A stretch of 64,000 nt of DNA from Candidatus Latescibacterota bacterium (GTDB lineage Bacteria > Latescibacterota > UBA2968 > UBA8231). Location of the stretch: contig CBDETY010000003.1 in the NCBI GenBank assembly GCA_965243025.1, positions 4,448,001-4,512,000 on the forward strand, read 5' to 3'. The position numbers and the translations under genes are program-made. The notes beneath the pieces are model-generated. The model made no database searches, was not told the origin of the DNA, and was given only the letters and a program-made list of their open reading frames with translations. This document shows, piece after piece, positions 50,355-60,340 of the stretch. Within the stretch, counting starts at the first letter, position 1. Every line of letters starts with the position of its first letter.

Positions 50355-50831
50355 TCACATCCTCCGAATTAAGTTCAAGGCTTTTTCCCTTGTGATTTTG
50401 GTTGTGGTCCCCAATTTACCTTTTTCCCACCACTCTCTCACTGTTTCAACCGGTATAATCCAACAGGGAACCGAAGGGAACTTCTGAATGTCGGAGACAA
50501 TATACCCTGCTACTTCGTCCAATTTTTCAAGAAACCCAGATTCTTCAAATCTTCGCCCTGAACCAACCATATAACTGGGGCAAAAATATATCCCACCAGA
50601 CGATACACTTCGAACTTCCCATTTCTGGCCTTCAGAGTCAAGAGCATCGTAGCCTGCCCCTTCACTGTCTGCAAGTGAACCGTCCAACACCTCGTACGCT
50701 ATGCGTCTTTCAAGTAAAAAGGAAATCCTTCTTCCGTCCCTGAAATACTCCTTGACATCTTTTTCGGAAATCTTCAATGCTTTTGCAATTTCTTGTATAT
50801 CCCATTCGAACCGTTCTTGTCCAATAGTCAT
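50355..50831 (-). CDS. Putative small restriction endonuclease (PD-(D/E)xK-like, PvuII-like core)
   Basis: 158 aa, AT-rich, abuts the MTase start; EGAGYDALDSEGQKWEVRS motif. Confidence 0.55.
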   Translation of the reverse strand: MTIGQERFEWDIQEIAKALKISEKDVKEYFRDGRRISFLLERRIAYEVLDGSLADSEGAGYDALDSEGQKWEVRSVSSGGIYFCPSYMVGSGRRFEESGFLEKLDEVAGYIVSDIQKFPSVPCWIIPVETVREWWEKGKLGTTTKITREKALNLIRRM

Positions 50832-50949
50832 CTTATCCTCTCGTAAAGGTAAAAGTGCCTAAGTAAGACAACGATTTTTCGCCCGTGATCACCCGGTCTG
50901 ACTAACAGGCCCTCAAATCTATTCCCAATTCGTTGCTGTAACCATACGC

Positions 50950-51957
50950 TCAGGAATTCCTCTCGATCCAGGAAGGATCGAAGCGGGCAAGTCGCAGGCC
51001 GTACCGCCTGGCCTCGTACAGGCACAGAACCTGTCCCTCCGAAGCGACCGCCAGATCGGAATAGGCGGCGCCACCGGGCTCGAGCACCCTCGACGCGGGC
51101 CAGCTGCGCCCCTGGTCCCGGCTCAGCCGCAGGGTCAGCTCGGCGCGCGCGTCCGGCCTGCGGGGATGCGCCAGCAGCAGGCGGCCGTCCTCGAGGGCGA
51201 CAACGCTTCCCTGGCAGGATGGTTCGGGCAGGGCCGGATCGAAGGCTACCTCCGACCAGGTCTCCCCCCCGTCGGCGCTGCGCGACCAGCCCCTGCAGCG
51301 GCGATCGCCGCGGCTGCGCAGCGTCATGTACACCGAGCCGCCTGCCGTTTCCACCGCCTCGCATTCGTCCGAGGCGTCGTGGGTCAGCTTGGAGCCCGGC
51401 CTCCATGAGCGGCCGCCGTCGTCGCTCAGGAAGACGATCGACGACTGCACCTTGCCCCACCCCGGGGGCGGGTTGCGCCAGGTCGCCGGGCCTGGGCTCT
51501 CGTCGACCCAGGAGGGCACGAGCAGGCGGCCGCTCTGCAGTTGAATGCCGTGGCCCGGTCCGGTGCCGAGGTAGCTCCACGAGGGGGCCTTTACCTGCCC
51601 GGTGATCTCCACGGGGTCGGACCAGGTGACCCCGCCGTCGCCGCTGCGGGTGACGAAGACCTCCTGGTTGTCCTTGCAGAAGGGGAGCAGCACCTCGCCG
51701 CTGGCGCGGTCGACCACCGGACAGGGGTTGCCGCAGGTGCGGTCGCCGTCGGATACGACCAGCTGCCGGGAGCCCCAGGTGCGCCCGCCGTCGCTGCTGC
51801 GGCGCAGGAGAATGTCGATTTGGTCGTCGTCGCGCCCGGTATGGCGGCGCGCCTCGCAAAAAGCCAGCACCGTTCCGTCCGGCGCCACGGCCAGGGCGGG
51901 TATGCGGAAGGTGTGGTAGCCTTCCCGGCCTGAAATGAACAGGTCCTGCAGCTGCAT
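50950..51957 (-). CDS. Sialidase/BNR-repeat glycosidase (GH33-like)
   Basis: FRIPAL, Asp boxes [37 protein letters not shown]. Confidence 0.9.
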   Translation of the reverse strand: MQLQDLFISGREGYHTFRIPALAVAPDGTVLAFCEARRHTGRDDDQIDILLRRSSDGGRTWGSRQLVVSDGDRTCGNPCPVVDRASGEVLLPFCKDNQEVFVTRSGDGGVTWSDPVEITGQVKAPSWSYLGTGPGHGIQLQSGRLLVPSWVDESPGPATWRNPPPGWGKVQSSIVFLSDDGGRSWRPGSKLTHDASDECEAVETAGGSVYMTLRSRGDRRCRGWSRSADGGETWSEVAFDPALPEPSCQGSVVALEDGRLLLAHPRRPDARAELTLRLSRDQGRSWPASRVLEPGGAAYSDLAVASEGQVLCLYEARRYGLRLARFDPSWIERNS

Positions 51958-52053
51958 GGTTCGCTCCCGAGAAAAGAGGGGATCAGTCGGTCACGGGCTT
52001 TGTCGACGCGACCATCAGGAAAGCAGCACGGAAAGGCGGCTGGGGGCCGCCGG

Positions 52054-52950
52054 TCAACCCGAAAGGTTTCGGCTCCATCCCCTTTTCATCCGGACAAACG
52101 GGGACCATCCGAATCGCCGGTAGAATCTCCCCGCCCCGTTCTTCTCGTCATCCATCGCGACACAAAACGCACAGCGGGTCTTCCCTGCCAGGACGAGCCA
52201 CTGGACGGCATGCCGGACCACCCAGGCGCCGATCCCCTTGTTGCGCCAGCCTTCGCCGGTGCCCAACTCCGACAGCTCCGCCCAGCGGGAAATAGCCGGC
52301 AGTCTGCCTCCCTGATCGAGGTCCGTCATGCACTCACAGGCGCAGACAGCCGTGTCGTCCAGCCAGGCTGTGAAACGGACTCCGGACTCGCCGGCTGTGC
52401 GCATCATCCTCATGCCGCGGACCGGAGCTTCCCCGGGAGGCGAAACGGAACCCAGGTGCCCTCCGAACACGGCCTCGTCCCGATCTTCCAAGGGGGCGTA
52501 GCCTGCCCCGGAAATCAGTTCCGTCACGTGCGGCCATGAATCGGGGAGGCCGGCCACGACCGGGGCGGGAAGATTTCCGTTGAACCGGGATTCCCCGCAC
52601 TCCCAGGCAGCGAGCCGTTCCTCCGCCGCCGACAGCAGGGCTGCACCGGTAGCAGTCTCCTTCGGCCAGAAGACAAACCAGTCGATCTCGCCCGAACCAA
52701 TGGTCGGCGTGTCGTCGCCATACCTCAGAAGATGGGCCGCCCCGCACACACGGCCGTCCTTCAGGGCAACCAGAGATTTGCGCTCACGAACCCAGGGATC
52801 CGTGACGTATTCCCCCGGGTTTCTTTTCAGGCAGAAGGCGATGTACTCGAGAGGGAGAGCCCATCCCGGAACGACCGCCCCGAGGTGGCTGTTCACCAGG
52901 TACTGGACCTGCTCCAGGTGAGCCGGCTGCAACTCGAGAATCTTTACCAT
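52054..52950 (-). CDS. GNAT family acetyltransferase (two-domain)
   Basis: WRNKGIG, AGRFYRRFGW. Confidence 0.78.
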   Translation of the reverse strand: MVKILELQPAHLEQVQYLVNSHLGAVVPGWALPLEYIAFCLKRNPGEYVTDPWVRERKSLVALKDGRVCGAAHLLRYGDDTPTIGSGEIDWFVFWPKETATGAALLSAAEERLAAWECGESRFNGNLPAPVVAGLPDSWPHVTELISGAGYAPLEDRDEAVFGGHLGSVSPPGEAPVRGMRMMRTAGESGVRFTAWLDDTAVCACECMTDLDQGGRLPAISRWAELSELGTGEGWRNKGIGAWVVRHAVQWLVLAGKTRCAFCVAMDDEKNGAGRFYRRFGWSPFVRMKRGWSRNLSG

Positions 52951-52978
52951 GGACTGAAGTTTTCGTCTGACGCCGAAT

Positions 52979-54079
52979 CTAGAACAACTCCAACTGCTCG
53001 CCGCCGCGGCGGCGGAAGTGACGGGTGGTCAGCCGGTGGTCGCTGCCGTCGAGCCCGTGCTTGCGCCGGGCAATCTCGAACAGGTTCCTCGTCAGGTCGG
53101 CGAGCTCCCCCTCCCCGCTGAAGCGGGTACCGAAGCGGGAGTCGCTGATGCGGCCTCCCCGGATCTTCTCGATCCGGCGAGCCACCTTCTCGGCCTGGCC
53201 GGGAAGGTTCCGCTTCAGCCAGTCGAGGAAGAGAGGGGCTACCGCACCCGGCAGACGGACGATCTGGAACCCGGCCCAGCGGCCGCCGCGGGCAGCGACC
53301 TCTTTCAGGATTTCAGGCGCCTCGTGGTCGGTGAGCCCCGGAATCAGCGGGGCGACGTTGACCCCGGCCGGCACCCCTGCCGCGGCGAGCTGCTCGATGG
53401 CCCTCAGGCGCCGCTGCGGCCGCGAGGTGCGCGGCTCCATGATGTTGGTGAGCTCGGGCCGCAGGCTGGTTATCGACAGGGTGACGTGCACGAGGTCGAG
53501 CGCCGCCAGCTCGACGAGGAGGTCGAGGTCGCGGGTGACGAGGTGGTTCTTGGTGATGATCGTGACCGGGTTGCGGAACTCGAGGAAAGTCTCCAGGCAG
53601 CGCCGCGTGATCCCGAGCCTGCGCTCGACCGGCTGGTAGCAGTCGGTGTTGCCCGACAGGGCCACGGTCTGGGGCTGCCAGGAGTTGCGGCGGAACCCGG
53701 CGGCCAGCAGCTCGGGGAGGTTCTGCTTAACCAGGATCTTCGTCTCGAAGTCGAGGCCGGCGGAAAACCCGAGGTACTCGTGGCTCGGGCGCGCGTAGCA
53801 GTAGATGCAGCCGTGCTCGCAGCCGCGGTAGGGGTTGATGCTGAAGCGGAAGCCGAGGTCCGGACTGTCGTTGGCGGCGAGGGCGGAGCGGCTGTTGTCG
53901 ACAAAGTACCGGGTGCGCGCCGCTGGGCGTTCCCCCTCCTCGCTGTCCGGCTCGACCGGGTCGAGCTCGACATGCAGAGGCTCGAAGCGGTTGGCGGTGT
54001 TGAGGACGGTTGCCCGGCCCCGGTGCTCCGGGGCGCCGCGGCTGTCGAAGGGCAGGTTGTGGCCGGCGACTTCGGTCAT
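52979..54079 (-). CDS. PA0069/Rv2578c-family radical SAM protein (spore photoproduct lyase-like)
   Basis: SINPYRGCEHGCIYCYARPSH, GLDFETKI, NTDCYQPVE. Confidence 0.9.
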   Translation of the reverse strand: MTEVAGHNLPFDSRGAPEHRGRATVLNTANRFEPLHVELDPVEPDSEEGERPAARTRYFVDNSRSALAANDSPDLGFRFSINPYRGCEHGCIYCYARPSHEYLGFSAGLDFETKILVKQNLPELLAAGFRRNSWQPQTVALSGNTDCYQPVERRLGITRRCLETFLEFRNPVTIITKNHLVTRDLDLLVELAALDLVHVTLSITSLRPELTNIMEPRTSRPQRRLRAIEQLAAAGVPAGVNVAPLIPGLTDHEAPEILKEVAARGGRWAGFQIVRLPGAVAPLFLDWLKRNLPGQAEKVARRIEKIRGGRISDSRFGTRFSGEGELADLTRNLFEIARRKHGLDGSDHRLTTRHFRRRGGEQLELF

Positions 54080-54097
54080 CGGGAAGCCATCCCGGCG

Positions 54098-54946
54098 TCA
54101 GGGCGCCGCCAGCTCTTCGGGGAATCCGTAGGGCAGCTCGTTGCGGTTGCCGGGAAGCGGCCAGCTCTGGCCCCCGAGGTTGCGGTAGGACTCGTGGCGG
54201 CCGCACAGCCAGAGGAACATCTCGGCGGTCTTGCAGTCGCCGCGGAACTGCTCGACGAAATCGCTCGACGGGCCGCCGTATCCCGCCCGGGAAAGGTCGA
54301 AGCCCGGCTCCCGGATCCAGTCGTGCGCCGGTGGGGCAGTACGCCAGTAGAAGTACTTCAGCATGTTGCGCAGCCGCTTCTCCGTCGAGCGGCCGCGGCG
54401 GTGCCAGATCTGGTACGCGGTCAGGAAGATCGAGCCCTCCGGGGCCGCGGTGGAGACGGCGCCGCGGATGGCGTTGAGGTGGCCCATGAAACGGGCCTTG
54501 TTGTGGATGAGGTGGGAACCCGGAAGAACCTCGGTCGGCCCCGCTTCGGCCGGGGTGTCCTGGGGGTAGTAGAAGACCTGGAGGTAGTCGAGCTTCGGGC
54601 CCCAGAAGGAGTTGCCGTCGACGTGCCAGCCGCTGGTCGCCGGAAACGGGCCGGTCACCCGGTGGTTGCTCATCAGCACCGGGAGGTGGAAGTCGGCCCC
54701 CAGAAGGGAACGCACCGCCCCGGCCGCCTCCCGGTTGCAGATCACCCCGTCGAGGAACCAGTCCTCTCCGAGAATGCCGGTGGGCTCGTACCAGGTATCG
54801 GCTTCGAGGAACTCCCTGGCCTTCCGGTTTACCTCGCCCGGCACCACCCCTTCGAGGAGCAGGTATCCGTTCTTGCAGAACTCGAGGACCTGCGAGTCGT
54901 TCAGGGTCGGCTCGCAGTCGTGGGTCTTTCCGCCGGTCTCCGCCAT
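54098..54946 (-). CDS. Phytanoyl-CoA dioxygenase (PhyH) family protein
   Basis: FCKNGYL, WHVDG, GPTEVLPGSH, IWHR. Confidence 0.85.
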   Translation of the reverse strand: MAETGGKTHDCEPTLNDSQVLEFCKNGYLLLEGVVPGEVNRKAREFLEADTWYEPTGILGEDWFLDGVICNREAAGAVRSLLGADFHLPVLMSNHRVTGPFPATSGWHVDGNSFWGPKLDYLQVFYYPQDTPAEAGPTEVLPGSHLIHNKARFMGHLNAIRGAVSTAAPEGSIFLTAYQIWHRRGRSTEKRLRNMLKYFYWRTAPPAHDWIREPGFDLSRAGYGGPSSDFVEQFRGDCKTAEMFLWLCGRHESYRNLGGQSWPLPGNRNELPYGFPEELAAP

Positions 54947-55317
54947 CACTGACTCCCCCGTTCGAGGACGAAGAGAAACCCGAGGCCGTGGAACTCGTCG
55001 GCGCTCAGGGTGAGCAGGGACATGTCGGGGAAGGAGACCACCCGCCAGCCTTTGCCGATGGCGTCGAGCACCGACTCGTACGGCCACTCCTCCGGGTCGG
55101 AGCTCAGCTCCTGCTCGCGGCCCCCTTCGAAAAGAGAGATCCCCTGCACGGCCGAACCGGGGGAAGTCGAGCGGCAGTGCAGGTAGAGGAGGTCCTGGCC
55201 GGTTCCGTCCGCCGAGGCGACCGCGGCGATACCGGCCCGCAGGCCCTCTTCGGTCAGGGCTCCGTTCTTCAGGTCGGCTACGAGGGTTTCGGTCAGTTCC
55301 GCCTGTTTGCCGTTCAT
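54946..55317 (-). CDS. Hypothetical protein, translationally coupled to the PhyH gene
   Basis: 123-aa ORF (QDLLYL, PYESVLDAIGKGWRVVSFP) whose stop overlaps the PhyH start. Confidence 0.65.
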   Translation of the reverse strand: MNGKQAELTETLVADLKNGALTEEGLRAGIAAVASADGTGQDLLYLHCRSTSPGSAVQGISLFEGGREQELSSDPEEWPYESVLDAIGKGWRVVSFPDMSLLTLSADEFHGLGFLFVLERGSQ

Positions 55318-55435
55318 CTTCCGCCGTTCCCGGTTTTCCGTCCCGCACATACCCCCGGAATCCAATTCCCCCCCTTCGATTCCTGAATTAATTGACGGGA
55401 CGGCACACGGGAAACCGGGAGAGGAACTTTTCGTT

Positions 55436-56596
55436 TCAGTTGACCATCTGCATCAGCCGCTGGGTCATCGACCCTTCCTGCGTGAGGGCGTAGATGATGA
55501 CGTTGCAGACCAGCTGCTGGCCGCGAGTCATGGGCGTGCCCCACCAGCCGAAGGTGATTCCTGCGAGACGCCCCTTGACGTAGTACCCCGTGTTCTGCTG
55601 CCAGGAGCTGATCGATTGCTTGCCGCTGCCCAGCGTGGTAATGGGGGACGGCGCCCCTCCGTTCAGGTCGAAGAAGACGCTGTACACCGGGTGGTCGTCG
55701 GACAGCCGCTCGGTCCAGTAATCGCGGCCGGCAACGAGCCCTCCGTACTTCTCCAGTCCTTCGAAATTGATGCTGCCGAACACGAAGCCGCCGGCCAGCA
55801 GGTAGCGGGCCATCATCTCCAGCTCGCTCTCGTTGGTCGCACCCCCGACACCGAAGAGGACGGGTATTTCCATCAGCCGGTCGTCGTCCAACGTGATGTA
55901 GCCCTCGTACTCCGCCTTGATGCCCGTGAACTCGTTGAGCGCGTCCCTCACGTTGTCGATGAAGTAGGAGTTGATGCCCCCGGAGCCGAACTCGACCCCG
56001 CGCGCCGACAGCACGTGGGCGAAACGCACGAATCCCGTGATGTTCTGCCTTTCAACCGGATCCTGGACGACCATTGCGCGATAGCGGCCCGTATCCATGC
56101 TGTTGATGTCCATCATCTCCAGCGCCATGTCGATCTTGTTTTCCGGCGTGCGGCTGCTGGTCAGCAGGTGGGCGTCGATCTGCGGCGGCTCGAAGTCCGC
56201 GGTCGAGAAAGCGCCCGCCCTCCCCCTGGCGAGGTCGACCCCGGGGCTGGCGACGTTGGCGATCACGGCGCCGGTGTTGAACGTCGCCGTCGCCTGCACC
56301 TGGTCCATGCGGGCAACCGTCAGCCTGACTTCGCGCTTGACCATCCTGCGTTTGGGCTGAGGGATCTTGCGCAGCTCCAGCGGCTTGGTCAGCCGGGGCT
56401 CCCGCTTGATGAACTTGGTCGTGATCGGCTTTGGCGCTTTCGCAGCCTGATCCTTGAAGGGATCGGTCGCAACCAGGGCCAGGTGCAGCAGGGCTGCGAG
56501 GCTTAAACTTGCCCAGAAGGTCCGACGCAGCTTCCCGAGCAGTTCGTCGGGCGCGAAGCCCGACGTCGGCGAGGTGAAACGAGAGGAAACACCCAT
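55436..56596 (-). CDS. DUF4159-domain protein with N-terminal TM and Pro/Lys-rich linker
   Basis: SLAALLHLAL TM, KFIKREPRLTKPLEL, YLLAGGF, DHPVYSVFFD, NVIIYALTQ; GGGAGG RBS. Confidence 0.7.
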   Translation of the reverse strand: MGVSSRFTSPTSGFAPDELLGKLRRTFWASLSLAALLHLALVATDPFKDQAAKAPKPITTKFIKREPRLTKPLELRKIPQPKRRMVKREVRLTVARMDQVQATATFNTGAVIANVASPGVDLARGRAGAFSTADFEPPQIDAHLLTSSRTPENKIDMALEMMDINSMDTGRYRAMVVQDPVERQNITGFVRFAHVLSARGVEFGSGGINSYFIDNVRDALNEFTGIKAEYEGYITLDDDRLMEIPVLFGVGGATNESELEMMARYLLAGGFVFGSINFEGLEKYGGLVAGRDYWTERLSDDHPVYSVFFDLNGGAPSPITTLGSGKQSISSWQQNTGYYVKGRLAGITFGWWGTPMTRGQQLVCNVIIYALTQEGSMTQRLMQMVN

Positions 56597-56995
56597 GGTG
56601 ACCGACCTCCCGAGGCGGCGACTGTGACAGTTTTCCCCGCAGTTGATCCACCCGGCGCCGACCTCGCCTCAATATAGGAATACGGCAGCGCCCCAACTAC
56701 AAGGCCGCGCAGGTGTGCATCCCCGCCTTCGAGCCGTTACATCCGCTCAGGAGTTGCCCCTATTTTTGGCCATGGCCTGGCCGCCGAACGCCGTCACCTG
56801 TTCACTGCCGGAGATCACGGGTTGCCCGGTCCCGGGGCAGCCCCCGCGTCCGCTCCTTCTTCCGCCTGCCCGTTTTTCGACGGGGGACGGCCTTTCCCGC
56901 CGCGGCATGCGGGAGGTTGAAAGCAGTCCCCGTTCTTTCCGCCCGTTCACAGCGTCCCTCCGACGTTCGCGCTCGCGGCCTTCACGGCTCCCGCA

Positions 56996-58930
56996 GTGAC
57001 CGGCCGGGAGGCGCGTCCGGGCGCAGGATCCGGACTGACTGTGCGCTCGCTGCTGCTCGGCATCGCCATGGTCCTGATCGTCGTCGTCGGGTCCCCCTTC
57101 TCCCTTTTCGTAGCCGGCTCCTCCGAACCGACGTGGTCCTACTTTCCCTGGTGCGTCGGCTTTCCCTTCGTGGTCCTCGCCTTCGCCAACGCCCTGTGCC
57201 GGAGGCTGGGCCGGGCCGGAGCCCTCGAGCCGGCCGAGCTGCTGACCGTCGTGACGATGGGGCTCGTCGTCAGCGGCATCCCCTGCTTCATGCTGGGCTG
57301 GGGGCTGGCGATCATCACCTCTCCCTACTACCACGCGACTCCGGAAAACCGGTGGGCCGACGACGTTCACCCCTTCCTGCCGGAGTGGACGCTGCCGCAG
57401 GACGAGGGGAATGCCATCGTCTGGTTTTTCGAGGGCCTGCCCCGCGGCCAGTCGATTCCCTGGGACGTCTGGCTCAGTCCGATGGCCTGGTGGCTGAGCG
57501 TCATCCTCGCCCTCTACTTCGTCTCTTTCTGCCTCGTGGTGATCTTCCGGCGGCAGTGGGTCGACCACGAGCGGCTCGTCTTTCCGATGACCGAGCTGCC
57601 GCGCCGGCTGGTGGAGACGCCCGGCGCCGGGTCGCTCCTGCAGGAGAAGGGCTTCTGGGTCGGCTGCGGCGTGGTCCTGGCGGTCATGTCGTTCAACATG
57701 ATCCGCTATTTCGAGCCCGGCTTTCCCGAGATCTCCTTCCACCGCCCGGTGCGGGTCCATATCGGTCCCGACTTCCCGGCCATCACCCTGATGCTGCACC
57801 TGCCGGTGCTGGGGTTCATGTTCTTCGCCAGCACCGGCATCTCGTTCAGCATCTGGTTCTTCTACCTGGCCGCCACCCTGCAGGAAGGGATCATCAATCG
57901 CATCGGCGTCGACCTCACCACACCCGAGCCGTTCCAGTGGGGGCTGCAGACCCTTACGTGGCAGGCCTGGGGGTCGTTCACCGCGATGGTGATGTGGTCG
58001 GTGTGGATGAGCCGCCGCCACCTGGCCGCGGTGGCGCGCCACCTGGTCCGGCGCGGTCCGCAAATGGAGGACGGCGACGAGATGATGTCGTACCGCGCCG
58101 CCGCCTGCGGACTGGTGCTGGGGCTGGCCTACATGGTCTGGTGGCTGTGCCGCGCCGGCATGGACCTGCAGGTGGCGCTGCTGGTGGTGCTCACCGTGGT
58201 CGTCGCCTACATGGGCATCACCCGCCTGGTGATTCAGTCGGGGCTCTACTACCTGACGATGCCGATCACCGGCCAGGCCTTCGCCACCGCCGTCACCGGA
58301 ACGGCGCTGGCCCCGTCCAACATCGGCGCGATCTCCGTGTCGTATTCCTGGTTCGGCGACGTGCAGTCGCTGTTCATACCCTCCGCCGCCCACGGTGCCC
58401 GGCTCAACCAGGCCTGCAGCGACAAACGCCGTCTCGGCATAGCCATGGCGGCCGCGGTGCTGGTCGGTTTCCCCTCGTGCCTGTTCTACCTGATCCACAT
58501 CGGCTACGAGTACGGGGCGGGCAACCTCACCAGCGGCCTGTGGAACGCCGCCGGGTATGTCGCCTTCAGGAACATGGGGTTTCACCTCGACAACCCGGCG
58601 GGCACGGACTGGTGGCGGCTCACCCTGTTCTCGATCGGGGCGGCGGTGTACTCGGCCATCTCCTTCTGCCAGTACCGGTTTGCCTGGTGGCCGCTGCATC
58701 CGGTCGGGCTGGCCGTGGCGACCTTGTGGATGATCCGTTACACGGTGACGTCGGTGTTCCTGGCCTGGGCGATCAAGAGCGCCGTCATGCACTTCGGCGG
58801 CGTCGGCCTGTACCGGCGGCTCCGGCCCTTCTTCCTCGGCCTGATCTGCGGGTATTTCCTCGGCGCCGGGATCTCTTTCGTCGTCGACTGGATCTTCTTC
58901 TTCGGCAAAGGACACGCGGTCTACAACTGA
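56996..58930 (+). CDS. Large polytopic membrane protein (DUF6785/DUF6784-like, possible transporter)
   Basis: Many TMs; PENRW, RRQWVDHERLVFP, WWPLHPVG, RPFFLGLICG. Confidence 0.75.
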   Translation: MTGREARPGAGSGLTVRSLLLGIAMVLIVVVGSPFSLFVAGSSEPTWSYFPWCVGFPFVVLAFANALCRRLGRAGALEPAELLTVVTMGLVVSGIPCFMLGWGLAIITSPYYHATPENRWADDVHPFLPEWTLPQDEGNAIVWFFEGLPRGQSIPWDVWLSPMAWWLSVILALYFVSFCLVVIFRRQWVDHERLVFPMTELPRRLVETPGAGSLLQEKGFWVGCGVVLAVMSFNMIRYFEPGFPEISFHRPVRVHIGPDFPAITLMLHLPVLGFMFFASTGISFSIWFFYLAATLQEGIINRIGVDLTTPEPFQWGLQTLTWQAWGSFTAMVMWSVWMSRRHLAAVARHLVRRGPQMEDGDEMMSYRAAACGLVLGLAYMVWWLCRAGMDLQVALLVVLTVVVAYMGITRLVIQSGLYYLTMPITGQAFATAVTGTALAPSNIGAISVSYSWFGDVQSLFIPSAAHGARLNQACSDKRRLGIAMAAAVLVGFPSCLFYLIHIGYEYGAGNLTSGLWNAAGYVAFRNMGFHLDNPAGTDWWRLTLFSIGAAVYSAISFCQYRFAWWPLHPVGLAVATLWMIRYTVTSVFLAWAIKSAVMHFGGVGLYRRLRPFFLGLICGYFLGAGISFVVDWIFFFGKGHAVYN

Positions 58931-59061
58931 CCCCGTCCGCCGGGCGATCCTTGCGTACCGGGGCTCAAGTCCCGGGGGGGAGGCAGGCCGCGTCAACCTG
59001 TTGCCGGCACGGATCGGCCCCGGTTATCTTGAGGCAACCTCAAGCCCGGGAAAAGCAATCG

Positions 59062-60018
59062 ATGCAAGGTCTCGCGAAAGCACAGGTCGAGCAGTACCTC
59101 GAGGAAGGGTATCTCATGGTGCCCGACGTGTTCGCCCCGAAGGACATCCAGCCCCTGCGCGACGAGCTCACCGAGGTCGTCCACGACAAGGCCCTCGAGC
59201 TGAAGGCCGAAGGCAAGCTGAGCCGGCTGTACGAGGAAGAGCCGTTCGAGCGCCGCCTCACCCGGGTGTTCCGGGAGGCGCCGGAAATCGTCGGGGCGAT
59301 CATGGGCAAGGGGGGCGGCGGCCACAGCGGTCCGGCGTTCTTCGATTTCGTGCGCAATCCGAAGATCCTGGCGAAGATCGAATCGCTGGTCGGCGAGGAG
59401 ATCGTCGGCTCCTCCGTCTACCGCATCCGCCCCAAGGTACCGGAGTGGAAGCGGGGGGCCGTCCCCTGGCACCAGGACTCGGGCTACTTCAGCCCCCACT
59501 GCGACGGCGAGCTGATCGTCACCTGCTGGATTCCGCTCGTCGACGCCACTCCCGAGAACGGCTGCCTGCGGGTGCTGCCCCGCTGCCACCGCCGCGGCGT
59601 GTCCCGGCACCACACCAACGGTCCGGGAGGCTACCTCGTCATCACCGACCCCGACCTGCCGCCAGCCGAACCGGTGACCGTGCCGGTGCCGGCGGGAGGC
59701 GTCCTGTTCCTCACCAACCTGACCCCCCACTCCTCGACGCAGCACAGCGTCGACATCGTGCGCTGGGCCGTCGACGTCCGCTACCAGTCGGCGAGGGTGC
59801 CCAACAACGTCGGCGAGCTGCCCGAGGATTTCGACCCCGGCCGCCCTGACGAGCAGATCGCCTGCTACCCGCCCGAAGCGGACTTCATTCTCCAGAGCCG
59901 GGCAGATCCCGGGTCGGTGGTGAGCGACTGGCGGGAGTTCAGCGAGATCCGGCAGCGCTACGAAACCCACAGGCCCCGCGGTCCCAGGCGGGGGTGGAAG
60001 CCGGCGGAGCCCGGTTAG
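59062..60018 (+). CDS. Phytanoyl-CoA dioxygenase (PhyH) family protein
   Basis: YLEEGYL, VPWHQDSGY, WIPLVDATPENGCL, TPHSS, RWAVDVRY. Confidence 0.9.
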   Translation: MQGLAKAQVEQYLEEGYLMVPDVFAPKDIQPLRDELTEVVHDKALELKAEGKLSRLYEEEPFERRLTRVFREAPEIVGAIMGKGGGGHSGPAFFDFVRNPKILAKIESLVGEEIVGSSVYRIRPKVPEWKRGAVPWHQDSGYFSPHCDGELIVTCWIPLVDATPENGCLRVLPRCHRRGVSRHHTNGPGGYLVITDPDLPPAEPVTVPVPAGGVLFLTNLTPHSSTQHSVDIVRWAVDVRYQSARVPNNVGELPEDFDPGRPDEQIACYPPEADFILQSRADPGSVVSDWREFSEIRQRYETHRPRGPRRGWKPAEPG

Positions 60019-60019
60019 C

Positions 60020-60177
60020 AGCCCGTTGATCAAGTTGCTCTGCAGGGGAGGCCCAGCCATGGGGCCGAAGGCAAGGCGCGCGAGCGGGTCGAATCGCAGG
60101 GGATTCGGGGAGGGGGAGCAACGCCGGCTGCAGCCACCAGGGCCGGCCGCAGCCCGGATGGACTTTTTCAACCGGCT
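60020..60177. repeat. Degenerate MITE-like element
   Basis: AGCCCGTTGATCAAGT (60020-60035) versus ACTTTTTCAACCGGCT (60162-60177), 13/16 inverted match; internal AAGGCGC...GCAACGC core as in 14931-15156. Confidence 0.5.
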
Positions 60178-60340
60178 CTCAGGCCCCCGGCAGATGGAAG
60201 CAGATCATGTCGCGTCTGCTGCCGAAGCCGCCTCAGCGAATGCCGGCGAAGCTGACGCCTGGTACCCGGCTGCCCCCGCCCTGATTCGCAGCCGGAGGCG
60301 GCATGACGACACGGACCTGCCAAACCAGAACGGAAACCAG

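Noticed and set aside
56713-60018. 1101-aa ORF in the track
   Set aside because: Only the last 318 aa (from ATG 59062) are PhyH-like; the rest is an Arg/Pro-rich off-frame shadow of the membrane protein gene 56996-58930
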